In this document: in pieces, positions 37,558 to 47,115 of the stretch
Layout of the letters: each line of letters begins with the position of its first letter
Position numbering within the stretch: the first letter of the stretch is position 1
NCBI GenBank assembly: GCA_964572255.1
Contig: CAZNEE010000004.1
Location: 26,344 to 90,343 of the forward strand
Reading direction: 5' to 3'
Length of the DNA stretch: 64,000 bases
Source of the DNA: an uncultured Planctomycetia bacterium
GTDB lineage: Bacteria > Omnitrophota > Gorgyraeia > Tantalellales > Tantalellaceae
Notes under the pieces: generated by a model
Told to the model about the DNA's origin: nothing
The model's database searches: none
What the model saw: the letters and a program-made list of their open reading frames with translations, nothing else
Translations under genes and position numbers: made by a program

Positions 37558-39192
37558 ATGTTCATAGAACCCGTATTTGGTAAAAAGTTTTTCGGAAGAG
37601 AAGAAATAATCGCCACCCTTTTCAAGAGGGTTACCGCCATGAAAGGCGGGTACAGGCAAAACCTCGCTCTTACCGGTCCGATGCTTTCAGGGAAATCGTC
37701 CATCTTGCGCCATTTTCTGATGAACCTGAAGGATCCCGACGTTATTCCTCTATATATAGAAATGGTCGAAGAAGGGTATGAAGATTTTTGCATGCGTTTC
37801 ATGGCCACACTTCTTTACAGATACTTAAGATCAATAGGCGGCAAAAATGACGGCGATTTTGCGGACCTGAAGAAGGCATGTTCCGGGTTGATCCCGAAAA
37901 CCGCGAGCGAGATCGAAGAGATCTGTCAATTTCTTAAGAAAAAGAAGAATGATGAGGCCTACCAGAAACTTTTGAATTTACCGGCAGTATTCAAGGACGA
38001 GACCGGCAAGAACTGCATTGTCATACTTGATGAATTCCACAATCTGTCCAACTTTCGCCTTAAGAAGCCTTTTCAGGCCTTTGGAAAACATATAATGGTC
38101 CAGAAGAATACTATGTATGTGGTTTCCAGTTCCCAGAAGACCTTATTAAAGGAGATCCTGGCAAGAAAACTTTCGCTTCTTTTCGGTAATTTTGAGGTTA
38201 TAGAAGTAGGCGGGTTTGACAACCAGACGGCACACTCTTTTGTGTCCGACAAATCAAGAGATCTCTCTTTCAATGATAATATAAAGGATTTTTTGATACA
38301 GCTATGTCAGGGCAATCCCCTCTATCTGGAAGTTCTGATAAAACGATTTACGGATCTATTGGGGGATAAAGGCAAGCCCCGCGACGAGAAGGAGTGTCTG
38401 GTTGACGCCTTCGCGGATACCGTCTACGATTCTAACGGCATTCTCAACCAATATTTCACCAACAGCATGAATTTTTTCCTCGAGAAAAAATCGCGCAAAA
38501 AATTCCTGCCCGTTTTGATAGCTTTGGCGAAAGGCGCAAATACGATAAAGACCGTAAAGGAATTTCTGGGCAGGCACGACAAAGAGTTAAGTTCGAAACT
38601 TGAAAGACTCCAGCACATGGATCTTATTTTTAAAAGCGGCGTTTTTTACAAGATCAGCGATAAACTTTTTGAATACTGGGTGCGGAACGTCTATTGCATA
38701 AAAACAAAATCGATGATCGATGACATGGACATAAAATATCTTGAATTCAAGGGCGTTGTCGAGAAAGATTATCTGAAGTTTTGCGATCACGAGGCTAAAG
38801 ATGTTATAGATATTATAACCGGGCTTTTCAGATCGTTCAGGAACGAAAAGGTCAACATAGGAATGCATGAAAAGAAAATGCCCAAATTTGATTCGGTGGC
38901 CAGCCGCCGCATAAACGAGAATGCATCGGAAATAACGGGAAAGATCGGCAAGAATCAATGGGTATGCCGCGTCAAGCGCAATGACATGGTGGACGAGAAT
39001 GATCTGTATGATCTGGTGGAGATGAAGCCGAAGACGAAAGAGGCGAAAATTTCACGGAAGATCATAATCCCGCTTAAAGGCATAGAACATCACGCTTTTC
39101 TCCTTGCAAAAGAAAAAAATATTTGGGTTTGGAAGACGTCAAGACTTAACAGGATCTTAAGGCTATACGATAACTCTGAATTAGTGATATGA
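37558..39192 (+). CDS. Archaeal-type (ATPase_2-like) P-loop ATPase with wHTH and degenerate nuclease-like C-terminus
   Basis: FFGREE, Walker A GPMLSGKS, Walker B VILDEFH, GNPLYL, ISDKLFEYW. Confidence 0.8.
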   Translation: MFIEPVFGKKFFGREEIIATLFKRVTAMKGGYRQNLALTGPMLSGKSSILRHFLMNLKDPDVIPLYIEMVEEGYEDFCMRFMATLLYRYLRSIGGKNDGDFADLKKACSGLIPKTASEIEEICQFLKKKKNDEAYQKLLNLPAVFKDETGKNCIVILDEFHNLSNFRLKKPFQAFGKHIMVQKNTMYVVSSSQKTLLKEILARKLSLLFGNFEVIEVGGFDNQTAHSFVSDKSRDLSFNDNIKDFLIQLCQGNPLYLEVLIKRFTDLLGDKGKPRDEKECLVDAFADTVYDSNGILNQYFTNSMNFFLEKKSRKKFLPVLIALAKGANTIKTVKEFLGRHDKELSSKLERLQHMDLIFKSGVFYKISDKLFEYWVRNVYCIKTKSMIDDMDIKYLEFKGVVEKDYLKFCDHEAKDVIDIITGLFRSFRNEKVNIGMHEKKMPKFDSVASRRINENASEITGKIGKNQWVCRVKRNDMVDENDLYDLVEMKPKTKEAKISRKIIIPLKGIEHHAFLLAKEKNIWVWKTSRLNRILRLYDNSELVI

Positions 39193-39680
39193 AAATAGTT
39201 GTCCTCTCAGACACCCATATTCCCGCGAACACGGACCGGCTTCCCGATAAAGTTTACCGATATTTAAAAGATTGCGACATGATCGTACATGCCGGAGATG
39301 TGACCGAGATGTCGTTCATCTCGGAACTCCAAAAAATAGCCGAAACAAAAGCCGTGTGGGGCAACATGGACAGCGCTGAAGTGAAAAACACGTTGCCCAA
39401 GAAGGTCGTTTTTAAAGCGGACGGAAAGACCGTAGGCATAACTCATGGCTCCGGCCCGGTTTCAAAGGTCATCGATTCGGTAAAACAAACTTTTAAGGGG
39501 AAGAAACCGGATATAATTATTTTCGGGCATTCCCATAATCCTATTAACGAGACAAAAGACGGTGTGCTTTTTTTCAATCCCGGAAGTTCAACGGACAGGA
39601 TGTTCGCCCCTTACCGTTCTTTCGGCTTAATAGAGATCAAGGGCAATAATATAAACGCCGAGATCATAAAACTTGATTAG
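39189..39680 (+). CDS. Metallophosphoesterase (YfcE/MJ0936 family)
   Basis: LSDTH, HAGD, GNMD, FGHSH, FNPGS. Confidence 0.93.
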   Translation: MKIVVLSDTHIPANTDRLPDKVYRYLKDCDMIVHAGDVTEMSFISELQKIAETKAVWGNMDSAEVKNTLPKKVVFKADGKTVGITHGSGPVSKVIDSVKQTFKGKKPDIIIFGHSHNPINETKDGVLFFNPGSSTDRMFAPYRSFGLIEIKGNNINAEIIKLD

Positions 39681-39681
39681 C

Positions 39682-40659
39682 ATGATTTGGTTAGAATTCA
39701 TTTTATGCTCCGCACTTTTGATCTATTTCGCATATAACCTTTGCCGCGAAGGCATTATCCTTTCTGAAAGAACTAATATTGAAAAAGGCATTATCGGCAT
39801 GTTTTTTCTTGCCGTAGCCACTTCTTTCCCTGAAATTGTCACGGGGGCGTCGGCTGTTTTCTTTCTGGATAAAGCGGCTTTAGGATACGGGGATATCGTG
39901 GGGTCCATTATCGTCAATCTTATGATCCTGTTCGGGATCGATATTTACCAGGGAAAGGGAAGGATCCTTCTCAGGGTTTCAAAAGTAAACCGCCTGACAG
40001 GCGTTTATGTCGTTATTCTTCTCGGAATAGTCCTTTCGGCCGCGATGATAAGGTCTATCGGTGTGTCGATCCCCGTAATTTATGGGGTAGGTATTGAAAA
40101 CTTTCTTATCATTTTGACATATTTCGCTGCGCTGAAGATCATCCAAAGATCCGGAAAAAGAGAGGAACATGTGCCTCTCAATAACGAGAGAGAATCTTTT
40201 TTAAGTCTATGGTCAAAATTCATGATTTTCCTCGCGGTCGTAATGGCCTTGGGAGTGTGGCTTGCGCGTATAGGCGATAAAATAGTCGCCCAGACAACGA
40301 TGTCTGAAACTTTTATAGGAACCCTTTTTCTGGGGCTTGTTACGTCTTTTCCGGAGATCATTGTTTCTTTTGCGGCTTTACGTGCCGGATCCATAAACAT
40401 GGCTGTCGGGAATATTCTCGGAAGCAATATGTTCGATGTATGTATAATTCCTTTTCTGGATATGCTCCATAAGAGGCCGATATTGGGCGCCATGACAAAT
40501 GCGCAGAAATTCGCGACAGTACTTGTCACAGTATTATCGCTCGTGGCAGTTATCGGCCTTTATTCCAAAAAGGAAACTTCGCGCAAGGTGGGGTGGGATA
40601 CGGCTGTAATTTTTCTTTTCGGTTTGATCGGGTTTGTGATATTATATTATATCCGATAA
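39682..40659 (+). CDS. Sodium:calcium antiporter (CaCA/YrbG-like)
   Basis: Two alpha repeats (ATSFPEI, VTSFPEI), GNILGSN. Confidence 0.9.
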   Translation: MIWLEFILCSALLIYFAYNLCREGIILSERTNIEKGIIGMFFLAVATSFPEIVTGASAVFFLDKAALGYGDIVGSIIVNLMILFGIDIYQGKGRILLRVSKVNRLTGVYVVILLGIVLSAAMIRSIGVSIPVIYGVGIENFLIILTYFAALKIIQRSGKREEHVPLNNERESFLSLWSKFMIFLAVVMALGVWLARIGDKIVAQTTMSETFIGTLFLGLVTSFPEIIVSFAALRAGSINMAVGNILGSNMFDVCIIPFLDMLHKRPILGAMTNAQKFATVLVTVLSLVAVIGLYSKKETSRKVGWDTAVIFLFGLIGFVILYYIR

Positions 40660-40700
40660 AGACTTTTTATTCACACAACAAGAAGTCATCATTTAAGATC

Positions 40701-41864
40701 ATGGGGGACAAAATTCTCACAAGAGCGGATATGGAAAAGAGGGAGCGGGAGCTTTTAGCGCCTTACGCTATGAAAAGCGGCGATTCTCTGGGCCGCGCTT
40801 ACAAAGAGGAAGAACATCCGTACCGCTCGGCATATCAGCGTGATAAAGACAGGATCATCTATTCCACCGCCTTTCGCAGGCTTGAGTATAAAACTCAAGT
40901 GTTCGTTAATCATGAAGGCGACCATTACCGTACCCGCCTTACTCATACGATAGAAGTAGCCCAGATAGCAAGGACGATCTCCCGGGCGCTGAAACTTAAT
41001 GAAGATCTTGTTGAGGCGATCGCTCTCGCGCATGATCTGGGGCATACTCCTTTCGGCCATTCGGGTGAGGAGACTTTGAGTGACCTGATGAGATCTCACG
41101 GAGGGTTTGATCACAATACCCACGGCTTGCGCGTAGTTGATCTGCTTGAAAGAAGGTATCCGAATTTTCCCGGGTTGAATCTGACCCGGGAGGTAAGAAA
41201 AGGCATAATCCGCCACTCAACTCCGTACGACAAAAAAAGAATGGACATTACGGATGTCGAAGCGCCGTGGCTTCTTGAGATCGAGGTAGTGGACATTTCT
41301 GATGAAATAGCGTATGATAATCATGATCTCGAAGACGGGTTAAGAAGCGGTCTTTTAAGTGAAAAGGACCTGGCGGGAGTAGAGCTTTGGGACAAAACTA
41401 TAGAAGATATCGAAAGAGAAGCTGCCGTTAGTGATGAAGAAACAAAGAGGGCGCTGATCATCCGGAAACTTATCAATAATCAGGTGTCCGATCTTATTAA
41501 TAATACAGCTAAACATATTGAAGAGCTAAACATAAACAGCATTGCTGATATCGAAAAGCAAAAGAGGAAAATAGTTGATTTCAGCGAGGACATGAAAGCA
41601 AAGCGTGTTTTGTTCAAGAAAGTCCTTTCCGAGAAACTGTATAGTCATTACAGGGTCGTCCGCATGTCAAACAAAGCTTCGCGTTTCTTGAGGGCGATCT
41701 TTCAGGTCTTTTGCGATAACCCTGAGCAGCTTCCTCCGCATGCTTACGGAAAGATCGAGGAAAGAGGCAAGCATCGGGTCATTTGCGATTACATAGCCGG
41801 GATGACGGACCGTTTTGCTCTTGATCAATATGAAAAGTTTTTTGAACCCTACGAGAGGGTGTAG
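40701..41864 (+). CDS. dgt: Deoxyguanosinetriphosphate triphosphohydrolase
   Basis: FRRLEYKTQVF, RTRLTH, HDLGHTPFGHSGE, DYIAGMTD. Confidence 0.93.
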   Translation: MGDKILTRADMEKRERELLAPYAMKSGDSLGRAYKEEEHPYRSAYQRDKDRIIYSTAFRRLEYKTQVFVNHEGDHYRTRLTHTIEVAQIARTISRALKLNEDLVEAIALAHDLGHTPFGHSGEETLSDLMRSHGGFDHNTHGLRVVDLLERRYPNFPGLNLTREVRKGIIRHSTPYDKKRMDITDVEAPWLLEIEVVDISDEIAYDNHDLEDGLRSGLLSEKDLAGVELWDKTIEDIEREAAVSDEETKRALIIRKLINNQVSDLINNTAKHIEELNINSIADIEKQKRKIVDFSEDMKAKRVLFKKVLSEKLYSHYRVVRMSNKASRFLRAIFQVFCDNPEQLPPHAYGKIEERGKHRVICDYIAGMTDRFALDQYEKFFEPYERV

Positions 41865-41866
41865 AA

Positions 41867-43375
41867 ATGAGAAGAGAAGAGCTCAAACGATTGGAAGAAC
41901 TTTTTAACCGCATGAAAGAGAACTGGGACATGCGGCAGGAGATCGCGGCATTCGGAAAATATCTAAAGAACCCGGAATGGATACTTTTATCAAAGATGCC
42001 GGAGTCCGAGAAGGAATTGAAGAAGATGATCTCCGTTAAATGCCTGCACAAGAAAGCACATCCAGATAAGTCCATCCAAAAAACCATAAAAGTATTGTTT
42101 AACGCGATCAAGAGAGCCAGGCGCGCTAGATCTGTAGAACAGTTTTGCTACTGCGAGGGGCATTATGGAGTATGTTATCCGCTTTTGGCTGATGAAAAGT
42201 TGTTCGGTTTTATTCTTCTTTGCGGCTTAAGAAAAATGATGTCGGAAGATCTTGTGAATATTTTCGCGGCATTCACGAACACGGTTATCAGGGAAACCCA
42301 GAAGGAAGTCGAACTTGACGAACTGAACCAGACCGTAAGGCCGAGAGCTCTTGCGCTTTCCACCGTGCATACACTTCATAGGCTTATGTCGGCAACGCTG
42401 GATATAAATGAGCTCCTGCCGAGGATCGCCAGGCTTTCCCTGCAGGTCATGAGAACAAATCGGTGCTCGATAAAGATTCTGGATAAAAGAAAGAAAATGC
42501 TTCTTCCGATGACCACCATTGATCTGAGGAAAGAAAAGGCAAAATTGAAGAAGGTCGAGATCGGCAGATACGCCCCGGGAAGGGCCGTAAAACAAGCGAG
42601 GGCCATAAGAGGCAAGAATTTTCTGGCTACGCCGCTTGTGGACGAGGATATAATAGGCGTAATTACTTTATATGACAAGATAGACGGAACGGATTTCACG
42701 TCATTTGATGAAGAGATCATGAAGACCCTTGCCGAGCAGTCAGCGATCGCGATAAAAAATACGCAGCTTTTTCAGGAGCAGCAGGAATTGACCTTAAGCA
42801 GTATCAGGTGCATAGCCGACCTGCTCGAGACGCGTCCGCACGGTTTTAAGCGCCCTGAAAGATCTTTTATGAAGCTTATATACCTGATGGGGCGCAAGTT
42901 TGAAATGAATGAAAATGAAATTAAAACACTCCAGTATGCGGCAATGCTTCATGATGCGGGAAAAATAAGCGTACCGGAAAAAGTTTTGGCGAAACGGGGA
43001 GAACTGACAAGTAAGGAGCTTGATATCATAAGGGCCCATCCCATGAAAGGGGCGAAAATACTTTCCCGGATCAAGCCGCTGAAGACGATCGCGCCGGTCA
43101 TATTAAGCCATCATGAGAACTGGAACGGGACCGGTTATCCCAAGGGGCTAAAGGGGGAAGAGATCCCGCTTTCGGCGCGCATTCTTGCTGTTGTAGTTTC
43201 GTTTGAAGCCATGATAATCGAAAAACCTTACCGGAGAGCTTATACAATAAATGAAGCCATCAAGGAAATAAGGAAAAATTCCGGAACACAATTTGATCCG
43301 CGGGTGGTGGAAGCTTTTATCGAGGCGGTTAGTCGTCAGGATGTAAAAAATCTCCTAAAGAAAGAGCTTGCCTGA
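41867..43375 (+). CDS. PocR-like/GAF/HD-GYP domain protein
   Basis: GAF (IGVITLYDK...FTSFDEEIM), LHDAGKI, HHENWNGTGYP. Confidence 0.85.
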   Translation: MRREELKRLEELFNRMKENWDMRQEIAAFGKYLKNPEWILLSKMPESEKELKKMISVKCLHKKAHPDKSIQKTIKVLFNAIKRARRARSVEQFCYCEGHYGVCYPLLADEKLFGFILLCGLRKMMSEDLVNIFAAFTNTVIRETQKEVELDELNQTVRPRALALSTVHTLHRLMSATLDINELLPRIARLSLQVMRTNRCSIKILDKRKKMLLPMTTIDLRKEKAKLKKVEIGRYAPGRAVKQARAIRGKNFLATPLVDEDIIGVITLYDKIDGTDFTSFDEEIMKTLAEQSAIAIKNTQLFQEQQELTLSSIRCIADLLETRPHGFKRPERSFMKLIYLMGRKFEMNENEIKTLQYAAMLHDAGKISVPEKVLAKRGELTSKELDIIRAHPMKGAKILSRIKPLKTIAPVILSHHENWNGTGYPKGLKGEEIPLSARILAVVVSFEAMIIEKPYRRAYTINEAIKEIRKNSGTQFDPRVVEAFIEAVSRQDVKNLLKKELA

Positions 43376-44066
43376 AACGTTATTAAAGCCCATGCAAAAA
43401 ATTAAGAGTATTTTTATAGTTAGCACTGTATTGATTTTAACTGCAGTTATTTGTTCGGTTTTTTATTTCGATAAAGTTATTGCTTTTTCGGTCAATCATT
43501 TTACCCCATACAAGATCGCGTATACAAAATGGAAAAATCCTTTCGGGGAAGAGTCATCTATAGATGATTTTCGTCTCGAGTTGCCGGATGAAGGCCTGTT
43601 CATTGACGCGAAGAAGGCCGAAATAAGGGCGAACTGGAAGCTTTTGTTTTTCGCGAATACGCTGAAATTGGATTGTAAGTTCCAAGACGCAACGATCTCT
43701 TTCAAGGGCGGTGAAAAGGGAAGTGTTAAAACCGCCGATGAGGAATTCTTAAATGCTTTGACAGGGAAAGATCAAATATACGACCGCGTGAACTTTTTTA
43801 TATTCAAGAACAAAGAAGAGCTTGATATCAAAAATTTCCTGGCTACTTCCGGCGGCGTAGTTGTTATTGGAGATTGCGTATATAAAAACAAGAAAGAAGA
43901 TATTTCTTTAAATGTCAAAATTTCTGTTTCCTCGGATATTTATAACAGCCTTCCCGAAGACCTGCGGGACAAGATACTTTCTGCCGATGAAGATAACCGA
44001 TACAGTACCGTGATAGACTACAAAGGCAATATAACATTACTCCGCGCACTTTATTCCCTCATGTAA
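43368..44066 (+). CDS. Hypothetical N-anchored periplasmic protein
   Basis: Long ORF in operon position with one N-terminal TM; start may be ATG 43392. Confidence 0.65.
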   Translation: MPETLLKPMQKIKSIFIVSTVLILTAVICSVFYFDKVIAFSVNHFTPYKIAYTKWKNPFGEESSIDDFRLELPDEGLFIDAKKAEIRANWKLLFFANTLKLDCKFQDATISFKGGEKGSVKTADEEFLNALTGKDQIYDRVNFFIFKNKEELDIKNFLATSGGVVVIGDCVYKNKKEDISLNVKISVSSDIYNSLPEDLRDKILSADEDNRYSTVIDYKGNITLLRALYSLM

Positions 44067-44119
44067 AAGAATTCCGGGGGGCTTGCCATTCGGGAATTAT
44101 ATGATACAATATAACAGCT

Positions 44120-44752
44120 ATGGCTGACGAAAACATTCATGATGACCTTTTCAGCGGTCAGGATTTCGGCAAAAAGGGCAGGAAATTCCAGTATTTCAGT
44201 AAATATAAGAACAGGCGGTTTCTGCCTCAGGTAAAGATCCCCATTGAATATACGGTAATAATCGCGATCGGGGTACTGCTTCTGGTCATAATTGCTTACG
44301 CTATAGGCATTGAGCGGGGCAAGGCCATTTCTCTCAAAAAATACAGGATGGGCCAGGGAAGCAGATTACTGCAACCCGTTGAATTAAAAGATCTTACGAC
44401 GATAAGTGAGACGGGGCCGTTCGAGGAGGAGGAAGAGGAAGAAGAGGCAGAACCCTCCGGAATTTTGCAGGAGACTCTTATCGGGGAGGAAGAACCTCAA
44501 GAGGCAAAAAAAAGTGTTTCCAAAATCGAAGATTCAGTTTATACTATACAACTCGCCTCTTTTAAGGACAGGGAATATGCCGCTGAAGAAATGGGAAAGC
44601 TTGCAAAGATGGGATTGAAAGCCGTGTATGTACGAAAAGGGGATTGGTATCAGGTATATGTTACGGGGTATAGAACGATAGAAGAAGCAAGGGAAGCCAA
44701 AGAAAAGTTAGAAGAGATATACGTTGATTGTTTTATAAAACGTGTTAAGTAA
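44120..44752 (+). CDS. SPOR domain membrane protein
   Basis: TM helix, acidic linker, YTIQLASF...WYQVYV. Confidence 0.88.
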   Translation: MADENIHDDLFSGQDFGKKGRKFQYFSKYKNRRFLPQVKIPIEYTVIIAIGVLLLVIIAYAIGIERGKAISLKKYRMGQGSRLLQPVELKDLTTISETGPFEEEEEEEEAEPSGILQETLIGEEEPQEAKKSVSKIEDSVYTIQLASFKDREYAAEEMGKLAKMGLKAVYVRKGDWYQVYVTGYRTIEEAREAKEKLEEIYVDCFIKRVK

Positions 44753-44772
44753 CAATATATAAAACGGAGGAA

Positions 44773-45111
44773 ATGATGACACAACATTCAAGTTTAAAAT
44801 CAGGATCTGGAGAAGGAGCGTTTCGTTCAGTCCTTAAACGTTTTGAGAAGATAAAAGAACTTTTTGAAAAAGATAAGTGGTCAGAAGAAGATTCGGTATA
44901 TCATCTGCCTAAAGTGAAACGTATCAAGTTTAAGATCAAAAAAGCTAAGGCGGCCGAAGAGGAAGCTGCTGCAGCTGAAGGTGCAGTTCCGGCTGAGGGC
45001 GCTGAAGGCGCGGCTCCCGCCAAGGAAGGTGCGGCTCCTGCTAAGGAAGGCGCAGCCAAAGAAGGCGCAGCCAAAGAAGGCGCGGCAAAACCCGGAAAAA
45101 AGGAAAAATAA
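44773..45111 (+). CDS. Small basic protein (TIGR04137-like, PVC signature) with Ala/Lys/Glu repeat tail
   Basis: QHSSLK...RSVLKRFEKI...KW.EEDSVYHLPKVK; AKEGA repeats. Confidence 0.8.
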   Translation: MMTQHSSLKSGSGEGAFRSVLKRFEKIKELFEKDKWSEEDSVYHLPKVKRIKFKIKKAKAAEEEAAAAEGAVPAEGAEGAAPAKEGAAPAKEGAAKEGAAKEGAAKPGKKEK

Positions 45112-45131
45112 CCCTTTCGGGGAGTTGGCAT

Positions 45132-45461
45132 ATGAGCGATATGATTTCTTTCGAAGATTTTAAAAAATTGGATCTGCGTGTAGCTGAGATCATTGATGTA
45201 AAAGAGCATCCAAACGCCGATAAATTATATGTACTCAAGATCTCTTTGGGCGATGAAACCAAACAGATCGTTGCCGGAATAAGGAACCAATATGAAATGG
45301 ACCAGCTTAAAGGCAAAAAGATCATAGTGGTGAACAATCTTGAACCTGCTGTTCTGAGGGGGGAAGAGTCCAACGGGATGCTTCTTGCCGCAAGTGACGC
45401 AGGTTCGCCTATAATAATCACGCCGGATCGTGATGTCCCTTCCGGGACAAAAATCCAATAG
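45132..45461 (+). CDS. tRNA-binding protein (MetRS C-terminal / Trbp111-like)
   Basis: ISFEDFKKLDLRVA, HPNADKL, ESNGMLLAA. Confidence 0.92.
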   Translation: MSDMISFEDFKKLDLRVAEIIDVKEHPNADKLYVLKISLGDETKQIVAGIRNQYEMDQLKGKKIIVVNNLEPAVLRGEESNGMLLAASDAGSPIIITPDRDVPSGTKIQ

Positions 45462-45473
45462 ACACATATTGAT

Positions 45474-46145
45474 ATGAAGGGTGTTGACGCAAAAACGATG
45501 TCCAAGATTGACCGCAGGGCTCAATCTGAATTCGGCATTCCTGAGATCGTTCTTATGGAAAACGCGGGAAGAGCCGTTTTTGATGTCATTCTTTCTTCGA
45601 TCCGAAGCATAAAGAAACAGAAAATAGTTGTATTCTGCGGTAAGGGCAATAACGGGGGGGACGGTTTCGTGGTTGCACGGTACCTTGCCAATGAAGATCC
45701 CGCAAAACTGACCGTTTTCACGGTAGATATGACGGATATCAAATTAGGGCCGGCTTACGACAACTACAACATCGTCCGCAATATGGGGATCGATATCAAG
45801 CCTCTTAAAGATCTTGAAGAGGATGAAAAACAGCTTAAAGAATACACTATTAGCGTCGACTCGATATTCGGCACGGGATTTAAAGGCGAACTTTCCGGAT
45901 ACTATTATGAACTCGGAAAATTGGTCAACAGGTCCAAGAAAATGAAACGATTTGCGGTTGATATACCCTCCGGGCTGGACGCATCCACCGGAAAAGCCGC
46001 GAAAAACTGCTTTATAGCTCATAAAACGATCACTTTCGGGCTCCCCAAAAAAGGTTTTTTCGCCAAGGATGGTCCCGGTGTTTGCGGCGAAGTGATCGTG
46101 AAAAATATCGGTTTTCCGCAGTCTCTCCTTAAACCTTACATGTGA
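45474..46145 (+). CDS. nnrE: NAD(P)H-hydrate epimerase (YjeF N-terminal)
   Basis: LMENAGRAV, CGKGNNGGDG, DSIFGTG, VDIPSG. Confidence 0.92.
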   Translation: MKGVDAKTMSKIDRRAQSEFGIPEIVLMENAGRAVFDVILSSIRSIKKQKIVVFCGKGNNGGDGFVVARYLANEDPAKLTVFTVDMTDIKLGPAYDNYNIVRNMGIDIKPLKDLEEDEKQLKEYTISVDSIFGTGFKGELSGYYYELGKLVNRSKKMKRFAVDIPSGLDASTGKAAKNCFIAHKTITFGLPKKGFFAKDGPGVCGEVIVKNIGFPQSLLKPYM

Positions 46146-46155
46146 ACGTCTTTCC

Positions 46156-46191
46156 TTGAAAACGTAAACTATTAGTGATAAAATAGTTTAC
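46156..46191 (+). promoter_or_regulatory. bio operon promoter overlapped by a BirA-type operator
   Basis: TTGAAA-17-TAAAAT; palindrome GTAAACTATT-N8-AATAGTTTAC (GTAAAC-N16-GTTTAC). Confidence 0.75.
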
Positions 46192-46194
46192 ATT

Positions 46195-47115
46195 ATGGAT
46201 ATAAAAGGGCTGAATTACCTTGTTACACTGCCTTTGGAAGAACTTATACGGGAGGCGAACAGGGTGCGCCGCGAGTGCCTGGGCGACAGAATAGAGCTTT
46301 GCGGCATCGTAAACGCAAAATCCGGCGCATGCAGCGAGGACTGCAAATTTTGCGCCCAATCATCCCGCCATTTAGCGGATATAAATTCATATCCTCTTAT
46401 AACCCCCGAAGAAATTTATCAAGAAGCAGTCAGGGCAAAAATGAACGGCGCCATGCGGCTCGGAATAGTCACCAGCGGCAACTCTCTTACAGCGGAAGAG
46501 ATAGGAATATTAGCCGAGGCTATAAGAAAAATAGGAAAGGACATTGATATCGATCTTTGCGCTTCACTCGGGGCGCTTGAAAAAGGATCCTTCCAGGTTC
46601 TTAAGGACGCCGGCTTATCGCGGTATCATCATAATATCGAAACATCCGGGAGGCATTATCCCGAGATAGTATCTACGCACGATCACGAGGAAAGGATCAA
46701 CACGATAAAAACGGCAAAAAGTATGGGGTTCGAAGTCTGTTCAGGCGGCATTATAGGCATGGGGGAAACTTGGCAGGACCGCATTGACATGGCTGTTACT
46801 TTAAAAGAACTTGATGTGGATTCGGTCCCGCTTAACATGCTTGTTCCGATAGAGGGCACGCCTTTAGGAAAAATAGAAACTATATCCCCTGCGGATGCGA
46901 TAAGAACTATCGCGATCTTTCGCCTGATACTAAGGGATAAAACCATAAAAGTAGCTGCGGGACGGGAGTCCGTCCTTCAAGATCATCAGGACATGATATA
47001 TGCCGCGGGAGCTAACGGCATGATGATAGGAGGGTATCTTACCATTGCGGGGAGAGCCGTTTCTGAAGACCTTGCGCTGGTGGAAGAGGTCCGAAATACA
47101 TGGAAAAACGAATAG
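46195..47115 (+). CDS. bioB: Biotin synthase
   Basis: CSEDCKFCAQS radical SAM motif, YHHNIET, CSGGIIGMGE. Confidence 0.96.
   Translation: MDIKGLNYLVTLPLEELIREANRVRRECLGDRIELCGIVNAKSGACSEDCKFCAQSSRHLADINSYPLITPEEIYQEAVRAKMNGAMRLGIVTSGNSLTAEEIGILAEAIRKIGKDIDIDLCASLGALEKGSFQVLKDAGLSRYHHNIETSGRHYPEIVSTHDHEERINTIKTAKSMGFEVCSGGIIGMGETWQDRIDMAVTLKELDVDSVPLNMLVPIEGTPLGKIETISPADAIRTIAIFRLILRDKTIKVAAGRESVLQDHQDMIYAAGANGMMIGGYLTIAGRAVSEDLALVEEVRNTWKNE

Noticed and set aside
40593-40700. Extended ORF-track starts for dgt, and similarly lpdA (52423), aroQ (18815) and Trm112 (18646)
   Set aside because: The extensions overlap upstream genes; downstream ATGs fit RBS position or family N-termini better
40701-41864. 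dGTPase as an anti-phage system
   Set aside because: Looks like the ordinary housekeeping-type dgt in a core-gene context, with no defence-island neighbours
44422-44447. GAG/GAA run as a contingency repeat
   Set aside because: Mixed codons encoding a poly-Glu linker; in frame, so not a phase-variable tract
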